Shown here in pieces: positions 54,531 through 64,000 of a DNA stretch of 64,000 nucleotides. The position numbers and the translations under genes were made by a program. The DNA comes from Octopus vulgaris. Its lineage: Eukaryota. The first letter of the stretch is position 1, and every line of letters starts with the position of its first letter. The stretch covers positions 40,114,001 to 40,178,000 of the forward strand of contig OX597817.1 of assembly GCA_951406725.2 (NCBI GenBank). The letters run 5' to 3'. The notes under the pieces are model-generated. The model saw nothing but the letters and a program-made list of their open reading frames with translations. It searched no databases and was not told where the DNA came from.

Positions 54531-55614
54531 ACTATTTATTAACTTATGTTACTTTTAGAATATGTTTTTCCCATTTATATTATTTTCAACATGGTAGGGT
54601 ATGATGGGAAAGAAATTTAACTGTTATTTCTACCAGGAGGAATGACCATATAGAGGTACTCTCATTTGAGATATTATGTCAAAAAATAAACTAGAATGTC
54701 ACTGATGGAATGTTTTTGATCAGAGGTCTATTTGATCACATAGCCTAGGGCTGAAAAATCTGTTTTTGTAGCAGTTTCTGCTCTTCTGATATTTCTCACT
54801 ATAAATACACCCAGGTACATACATAAACAGAAGGAGGCTCTAAAAGTTTTGAGACTGACTGTAAGATAAAAATAAAAATACAATGAAATAAAAGCATTCT
54901 TTTCTTATAGTCATGTCATTTAGTATATCTGGCACAAAGTATCTTTTGTGTGTGCAAGTCTAAATTTACCTACTAACTACTTTGAGTTATTACTCTTAGC
55001 TGATTTTATTATATGTGAGTGTGTGTGTTGTGAGTGTGTGTGTGTGTGTGTGTGTACTTTATATGAAGGTTAACAAGGCTACCATTGGTTTCATGCTGAA
55101 ATTAATCTCTCATCAATTATCAAGCCTGCCTCATGAGAAACGTTGGTATTCATCTCTATCTTGGCTGCTCCTTCTAGCAGTTCAAGCAGTCACAGTTTGA
55201 CTTCACGAGGAGCAAATAGCAAAGTTATTGGCACACTTTACTGAGAAAGTTTATTTTAATGTTTTATGTATATTTTAAAAATATATATAGAAAGCGATAA
55301 CTTGATTTGTTTTATTCATCATACATATGGAATAGAATAATAGATAACACATTTTTCAAAACATGCATACATTAATATAGATTTACTAAAGCCTTAAGCT
55401 ATATTTAAAAAATATTTGATGCAGGTTGTGTGGTAAGAAGCTTGCTTCCCAACCACATGGTTCTGGGTTCAGCTCTACTGTGACACTTTGGACAAGTGCC
55501 TTCTGTAGCCTCAGGCTATAGAAGCCTGAGTGTATTCAGTAGATGGAAATTGAATGAAGCCCATCATATATATATATATATATATCAAAATAAGCAACAG
55601 AATATCAAGTAGTG

Positions 55615-55702
55615 ATGCAGTACGACCGTTTCAAGCAGCTCCATTTAATTGAATAATGCAATTATTACATCAATTTAAATGTAGTGCCCTCTTCAGCTGC
55701 AC
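55615..55702 (-). ncRNA. Type I hammerhead ribozyme motif
   Basis: Minus strand: tgcag-CUGAAGA-long stem II (gggca...tgctt)-GAAA-cggtcg-UA-ctgca; all core nucleotides present, GUA triplet. Confidence 0.8.
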
Positions 55703-57506
55703 AAAAAATAAATGAAATTTTAACAAATAGGACACATTAATTTAATTTTTCTCAAATATATATTTGTATCTGTGTTTGTCCCCCACCTCCCACATCACTT
55801 GACAACCAATGCTGGTGTGTTTACATCCATGTAACTTAGCTCAGCAAAAGAGATCGGTAGAATAAGTACTAGGCTTACAAAGAAAAAGTCCTGGGGTCAA
55901 TTTCTTCAATTAAAGGCAGTGCTCCAGCATGGCTGCAGTCAAATGACTGAAACAAATAAAAGTGTAAAAGAGTATGTATGTAGATACTCCTTTCTAAACA
56001 TCACTGTACTGCATTTGTAGAAGTTCCTTAATGAGAAAGAGCTCTTTTGTTGGTTCATTTTAAGTAGGTACCATTAGTTGTATAATATTGCAAATGACAT
56101 TTATTGGCTTGTAATACTGACTCTAATCCCCACAAGGAATGTTATCTATTATAGGCCAATATCTTATAGGAGAGATTATTCCTCACATGCTTATCTCATT
56201 TGATAACAACTTATTGAAGACTGTCCCCAGATCTATGTCAAAATTTTTTTTTTAAAGTAGAAGTGGCTGTGTGGTAAGTAGCTTGCTTACCAACCACATG
56301 ATTCCGGTTTCAGTCCCACTGTGTGGCACCTTGGGCAAGTTTCTTCTACACTAGTCTTGGGCCGACCAAAGCCTTGTGAGTGGATTTGGTAGACAGAAAC
56401 TGAAAGAAGCTCATCATATATATATATATATTGTATGTGTGTGTCTGTGTTTGTCCCCCCCAACATCGCTTGACAACCAATGCTGGTGTGTTTACATCCC
56501 TGTAACTTAGCAGTTCAGCAAAAGTGACCAATAGATAATTTAAAATCTTCCATCAAAAATTCTCGTTAATCTTGTTAATCTATGCCAATCAACAGTTTAC
56601 TAATAAAAAGGTTATTTTATTAAATTCTGCATTATTTTCAAAATTAATTGAAACAGCAACAATATATTTCAACAGAATTATTGTACTAAAGAGAACACGA
56701 AGATAAGTTCTTAACTGTTTATAGCCATATCATGTTGAAAGCACTGATTCTTGTCTATTCACTAAAATTAAGCAACATAGAGCCTACTTAGTACTTATAT
56801 GGTTGACAACTTTGTGAAAATGTAGGTGTTGTAAGCATCTTTCATTTACCAGTGTCAGAGAGTCCATGGAAGCCATGAGTACTGTCTTTACATCCAGATA
56901 TAGTAAGTAAAAAAATGAAAGGAAAACCTTAGGTTTGTAAAATAGCTGAGCTTTATATATGTTGTTATTCAAATATTCCAAACTCTGAACCAATTTTCTC
57001 ATGAGTGGTATAGTGTCTACAAAAGTACTGATTAGTGTAGACTGATAGCTAATGAAGTGAGCTAACTTCCAAAGGTTTGTATCTCATCCTTCAGTTCCAT
57101 ACCGTGTCATTCTGTGTCACTGGTAAAGTTTCTTAGCTTTCAGTATCTCTGTTCACCTGATTATAAGTAGGTACGATGCTAAGGTAGAATTAATCATTGT
57201 TTGTATCAGAGACGTTGTAATTTGATGGGTATCCTGTTGGCATGCTGTGTTCAGTTAGAATCCACCTGAGCGTAAAGTTGCTCTAGACTAACTTTGTACT
57301 CAAAGTGTGAGAGAGGGAGAGATGGATGGAGGGAGAAGGGATATTTTTTCAACTGCTTAATACTATAAAAGCTAAGATAAACTCCAGTTCATTGCAACAC
57401 AATAATATATAATATAATACCTTATTAGCAAACTAGTCAAGAGTGAGTTGACAGATGATATATATATATATATAATATAAATTATATATATAAACACACA
57501 TATATA

Positions 57507-57550
<44 letters not shown>

Positions 57551-57564
57551 TAAATTATATATAT

Positions 57565-57629
<65 letters not shown>

Positions 57630-59008
57630 CATATAAATATATATATATCCACACGCACATACACATGGAACTTTGGGATAACACTTGTAGTAGTCAGTGA
57701 CAGTAATAACAACAGTTAAATGAAGTTCATAGTGGCCTTGGTAGTCATAGCTGATGTGTTGTTGTTATTATTTGTGGTGGTGGCGACAGTTGTTGTTGTT
57801 GTTGTTGTTGTTGTTAGAGTTTCAGTTATTGTTGCCAGTTATAGAAACATTCAATAATACTGGATACATTTATCATTTACGACGACAGTGCAATGTAAGA
57901 TTTACCAGAAATATTTAATGTCTAAGAATAAACAATTTCTCACAATAATTAATTCAGTTTTCCTTGCTGCAATGTTTTTATTGATTTCTCTGATTCTTTC
58001 CTTTTATTTTAGATATTATCTGTTATTTCTCCAGTTCACTACATATCTGGAACAGACAGAAATTTCATGCATTGTTTGTCGTTTTTTTTTGTTTTTGTTT
58101 TTCTTTTTTTGACTTCTTTTGATAATGTGAGATTTTTATCATAGTCCTCTGATATAGTGATTAAGTGAAGCGAGAAACTAATTCAGTTTGTTACCAAACT
58201 GGTGGCTGCATAGACTTGTGTCAAATAGTTAATGGTGTCCCAAAACAGATTTAAATGGTTAAATCTGTATATGCTCAACTATTAGGATTTAGTGAAGCAT
58301 TTTGAAAATATTCTACTATCCCTCCACAATTTCCTCTTACTAGCAAAGATTAAATTTGCAAAATGATATATACTCATATTAATGTAGGTTACAAAATATT
58401 TTGCCATAAACAAGCATTCATTGTTCAACAGTTAAATTGTATTTTAGAAATCATTTTACACTCTTCTTTTTTTTTTATCAATTTAGATATCAATGTTGCT
58501 TGAATGTTTTCATAAATTTCAAATTTTATATCTATTGTTAAGTTATTATTTCTTCAGTTAGATGTCTCTTTATCCAAAGTTTTCATGCTGGAGCTAGATA
58601 GCTCTAAAAGATAATACACTGACTGTCACAGTATTTGAACTTATAAATTATTATCTTTTATTGGCTTAATTCGTCTGGTTGTAAATAAGTTTTTTGATAT
58701 GGTTAAAATTATTCTGAAGAGAAGAGGTACAAAATAATTAATAAATCAATTTTGCATTTGATTTGCAAGATTGTTGATGTGAACTCGTGTGCTGAAACAG
58801 ATATTGTTGTATTTGGAGAGGGTCGTTATTCCAATGATAAATGCATGCACTGGTTCTGTTTCACTGATTCACTGACCTGAAGTTGACCCGGAGTAGAGAG
58901 AGCTTGTCTTTGAAGAGGTTATGAATGGTAACAAAAGGAATTTGGCAAACACAACTGATTGATTGATTAACTGAATAATAAATCAAACAATCAATCAGTT
59001 ATGCTCAT

Positions 59009-59087
59009 GGACATATAGCGTAATGGTTAAGAGTGCAGGCTACTAACCCCAAGGTTGCAAGTTCAATTCCAGGCAGTGACTTGAATA

Positions 59088-59121
<34 letters not shown>

Positions 59122-59305
59122 TCAGCAAAAAAAAGAATACCTTAGAAATGAAAACCCAGGGTTGAGTTCAAAATTCTACCAGGACACCTGATGAAGGCTG
59201 GAGAATAAATCAGCTGAAATGTTGTGGTAACAACAAACAACATAGGGACACATATTCACCCTATGTAAATAATGTACAGAATTCCTCATCTCTAAAATAT
59301 CGAAC
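59009..59305 (+). mobile_element. tRNA-headed SINE-like element with a 3' hammerhead-like motif
   Basis: tagcgtaatggttaa A box, gttcaattcc B box at 59061-59070, (TAA)n spacer, CTGATGA...GAAA at 59188-59219. Confidence 0.65.
59184..59227 (+). ncRNA. Minimal hammerhead-like motif in a SINE tail
   Basis: acac-CUGAUGA-a-ggctg...cagct-GAAA-tg-UU-gtgg. Confidence 0.5.
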
Positions 59306-59734
59306 AATCATTTAGTTGTTAAATAGATAACCAATTAACAAATAATAAGGAAGTGAAATATAACCAGTGTGTGTACGTTTATGATTGGCATAATGACTTT
59401 CCCAAGATACAACAAATCATTTGTTAGCTTTCAGTGCTAGTTTCAAATTTTCCAATAGGCTTAATGAAAGCTATTGAAAGCATCTTCTGCACACTATCAC
59501 ATCTAGGTCTTGGTTCTGAGTTGACTAGTATACAACAGTCTTTTCCAGGTTAAATTTATCCTGTTTGCTTATGCATCTACCTGGCATTGGCTGCATAAGC
59601 AGGGTGAATAAGTACCTGATGAATACTTTCTTAACTGGAATTGATTTCATGATGCCAACATGATTTTCTATAGATGTAGTACCTGGAATTTGTTACATTT
59701 CCATTCATAAGTTTCCAACTTTAAGCTATGTACT

Positions 59735-59935
59735 CTTTTACTTATTTCAGTCATTTAACTGCAGCCATGCTGGAGCACCGCCTTTAGTTGAGCAAATCGC
59801 CCCCAGAACTTATACTTTGTAAGCCTAGTACTTATTCTATTGGTCTCTTTTGCTGAACTGCTAAGTTACAGGGATGTAAACACACCAGCATTGGTTGTCA
59901 AGCAATGTTGGGGGGACAAACACAGACACACACAT

Positions 59936-59978
<43 letters not shown>

Positions 59979-60136
59979 AGCTTCTTTCAGTTTCTGTCTA
60001 CCAAATCCACTCACAAGGCTTTGGTCAGCCCGAGGCTATAGTAGAAGACATTTGCCCAAGGTGCCACGCAGTGGGACTGAACCCAGAACCATGTGGTTGG
60101 TAAGCAAGCTACCTACCACACAGCCACTCCTACACC
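59735..60136 (-). mobile_element. SINE family A, full length (other - copies at 1-175, 3277-3539, 14370-14765, 38990-39340)
   Basis: Same head and tail in antisense. Confidence 0.85.
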
Positions 60137-61027
60137 TATGTAGTTCAGATTTCTTTATTACTGAGATTTCAGACTTAAGGGTCACTGAAACATGTACTTG
60201 AATGGCCCCCAAATAAGAAATTGTAGAGTCTCCTTCATCACAGGGCAGAAGAGGGTTAATTTGAGAAAGTGTTTGTAACAAGTGATTCAGAATCTCAGGC
60301 ATGAATTCTTTACAACTTTAACCATTCCCCACTTTATTTTTTTTTTAATGAATGTGTTAATAAGAGAATCTGGAGTTAAAAATAGGTGGGTGGAGAAGAG
60401 ACATTCTGCTAAATAGAAATAATTCTGTTCCACTGGTCTCTATCTCCAATTAAGTAAATCACTAAGAAAGTGAGAAAGAAAAGAAAAAAAGGGAGTAGTG
60501 AAAAGTACAAGGTAATACAAAAAATGAAATCTTGACATAAACCCATGTTTTGATAATAAACCAAAATATTTTATGTGTTACTTTGAAACTTAAAATGTGA
60601 CACAAACTACTGACTACTTATACCTTATTTTCACCTTTTTTTTTTGAGTAATTGTTGGTTTATTACACCTGGTTAAGCCTACATTTTAAGTTGGCCACAC
60701 CCACCAGTCTCTCTCTCTCTCTCCCTTCTCTTTCTCTCTCTACCCCCTCTCTCTCTCTCTCCCTTCTCTTTCTCTCTCCCCCCTCTCTCTCCCTCTTTCT
60801 CTCCCTCCTTCTTTACATTGTTTTCGTATCTCTGAAACTTCCTTTCTTTATATTCCACTTTCTTTCTCTCCTCTTTTTTACCACCCTCTCTCTCTCCTCC
60901 CCCTTCTCTCTCTACTTTTTATTTCTTTCATATTTTTTCTGTCTGTTTCTATTTTTTTCTGTTTCCCTGAAACTTTTTCTGTGCATTTCTCTTTCTCTCT
61001 CTCTATGCATGTATGTGCACACATACA

Positions 61028-61071
<44 letters not shown>

Positions 61072-61577
61072 GTCTTGTGTTAAGTTTTTTGGGTTTTTTC
61101 TTTTTTTGTTGGTTTCCCTCTATCTGTCATGCTTGAAGGAGAAACACTTGCTACACTGAGAGAATTGGAAAAGAAAGAAAATACTGTAAAGAGAGGTGGA
61201 TTAGATATAGATACATTGATATGTGTGAGACAAATAAATTTAGAGAAAGTGTGAGAGAGAGAGAAACATAGCTTACAGTCAGCAGATTATGTGACAGTAA
61301 TATATAGGGAAAGGTGAGAAAAGCAAGAATGAAAGGAAGACAGAATATGACTGAGAAAAGAGGAATGGAAGAAGGTAAAGCTCTACAAGGTAGAAGAAAA
61401 AATAGAGAGCTAATGTGATAAAATAAAAAGTAACAGAATTATAGAGATACAAAGATAGAGAATTTTGGGTACAGTATTAGAGTGTGTGGTGAAGTAGGGA
61501 GAATAAAGAAATGTAAAAGCAAGCTTTAAGTGAGAGAAAAGGAGAAAATATATGCATATATATACATGCACATTTAT

Positions 61578-61614
<37 letters not shown>

Positions 61615-62554
61615 TATAGAGAGCGACATAGACAGAGGTATAGAATAAAACAAACAGATACAGGAGAAATAATGAAACTTATGAATGATTCAGTGAGAAT
61701 AATGTAGGAAAGTAAGTAGTTGTAAGATAATAGAGTTAACTGAAAGAAGACTTACTGAAGCACTGGAAGAAAATACAGCATGGCTGCACACAAAAGCATG
61801 AAATGAAGTTCATGAATTTGAATGCTTTGATTGTGCATGTGTGTGTGCATGTTTATGTGTATTTGTATGTGTGTGTATCATACACTTGCACATTCATCAT
61901 CATCATTCTTATATCTGTCTTTCATGCTGGACAGTCCATTGCAATCCAAGTCATTTCTTATTCAGAGTTACTGCTATGACAGGCACTTTACAGAATGTGT
62001 CACGTGCAGTTCATCATGACACCAGCAACAAAGAGGTTTCCTTATCCCTGCAACACTAAACAGTCCTTATTACTCTACGTTGTTTCTTATTTCTTTATTG
62101 CCCACAAGGGGCTAAACATAGAGGGGACAAACAAGGACAGACAAAGGGATTAAGTCAATTACATTGACCCCCAGTGCGTAACTGGTACTTAATTTATTGA
62201 CCCCAAAAAGATGAAGGGCAAAGTTGACCTTGGCAGAATTTGAACTCAGAACGTAACGGCAGACGAAATACTGCTAAGCATTTCCCCAGGCTTGCTAACG
62301 TTTCTACCAGCTCGTCACCTTATGTTGTTTCTGTTTACTCAAAGTAAACAGGATTGAGAGAATGATTTTCAATGGGAAAAGGAAGAGTGAGCATTAATAT
62401 GAGTGTGATTGAGAAAACAGCGTGGTAGGAATGAGAGCATGGCAGGGAAATGAGTAATGGAAGAGAGACAATGATGGCTGCATACTGATTGTTGGTCATG
62501 AAATTGCGTAAGAAAACAGCACAAATTGTTTATGCATACATACACATATACCTG

Positions 62555-63049
62555 CTAATGTGGAAAAGGTAGAGTTTTCAGAAAAAGAGAAACAACTCGA
62601 ATACCTTACTTCCCTGGGCATGGATACATTGAAACTCTGACGTCTGGCAGCTGACTTGGCAGACACCCATAAAATTATTAACCTTCTTACTAACAATAAC
62701 TCTGAGCACCTTTTCAAACTCCACCTGTCTAACACCCGTGGACATGTTTACAAAGTCAGAAAACAGCACAGCTCCCATGACTTTCAGAAACATTTTTTCA
62801 CACTAAGAGTTGCTGAAGCATGGAACAAACTGTCGGCGTCAGTTGTTAGTTGTCGGAGCATTGCATCTTTCAAAACTTCCATGCTTCCTGAGATTCGCCA
62901 ACACTACACCTGATTCTCTCCCCTCCATACACACGCATGCATGTATCTGACTCATACACTGTTCACTTCCCAGACATTTGTACATTACTGCATATGCTTT
63001 ATATGCACTTTTGACAAGTTGTGGTGCACCTGAGCACTGTATACAACAA

Positions 63050-63080
<31 letters not shown>

Positions 63081-63098
63081 GTTATTATTATTATTATC
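62555..63098 (+). mobile_element. CR1/L2-type LINE 3' end with (TTA)n tail
   Basis: NTRGHVYKVRK...HFFTLRVAEAWNKL, then stop, short 3'UTR and (TTA)n. Confidence 0.85.
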
Positions 63099-63533
63099 AC
63101 AAATACAATCTGTAAGTAGAACAGTAAAATTATGCAAGACTTTTCCAAGGTTCAAAATAGGACAGTATTTTCATTATCTACATTTCAATGATGAATCTTT
63201 GTGTCTTTGGTAGATACCAGCTTCTTCCTCATACGAAAACTTCCAATAATTAAAAACAGAACAGAATGCATACATTATATCCACATTATATCATTATATC
63301 CACAAACATTAGGATGTATTCACGGAGTAAAAATTAGTTGTATAGAAAAATGGTTGGCATGAAACTTTGAGTAAGAATAGTATGAAATCTCAATTATAAT
63401 GGTTGTTATGCAAACCTATATGCACACATACACCCACACACATATCTGTATTACTGTCTATTTATTACTTCTTTTACATCCTTTCTTTTCTCTCATTCTT
63501 TCTCTTTCTCTGTGTGTCTATCAAAATACATAC

Positions 63534-63598
<65 letters not shown>

Positions 63599-64000
63599 CA
63601 TACATACATACATACATACATACATACATACATACATACATACATACATACATTTATATATATACATATATATATATATACATTTATATATATACACACA
63701 CGCATATAGGCAACTCATCACACACACACATATAAATATTTACATTTATATATTTTATATTATATATATTTATTTATACTAATATATTCTTTGTTCATAT
63801 GTAATATATATACACATACATACATATACAAATATATATATATATTGTTATATTTTGGAATGGTCATATTGCCAGTTTAGCCAATAAAAACACACGCACT
63901 ATATATTTGGTGTTATTTTGCTTCAGTGATATTTAAACGTATATATATATATATATATATATATATTCTTATATATGTACATATATATATATATATATAT

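Noticed and set aside
53007-64000. Further host-gene exons or a KASH-encoding end
   Set aside because: I found no spectrin-like open frame with splice sites, so I treat it as one long intron. Small exons could have been missed.

Overview
AT-rich, microsatellite- and SINE-dense animal genomic DNA. The repeat families suggest an octopus or other coleoid cephalopod; this is an inference. The window lies inside one very large + strand gene. Nineteen internal coding exons (602-53006) splice in frame to about 1,730 aa of tandem spectrin repeats, most like nesprin-1/SYNE1/MSP-300. One intron needs a GC donor, and neither the start nor the stop codon is in the window. The introns hold several tRNA-derived SINE families, RTE and CR1/L2 LINE fragments, a 161-bp higher-order minisatellite and several long fold-back elements. 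The most unexpected signal is a set of type I hammerhead-ribozyme-like motifs of the kind known from Penelope-like elements. They include near-intact C3-G8 copies, an apparent G3-C8 covariant duplicated in opposite orientations in a 288-bp palindrome, a decayed U3-A8 form, and one at the tail of a tRNA-headed SINE. More tentative are a nested antisense micro-exon ORF with a signal-peptide-like product and an orphan 3' splice site. All calls were read by eye, and repeat boundaries are approximate.
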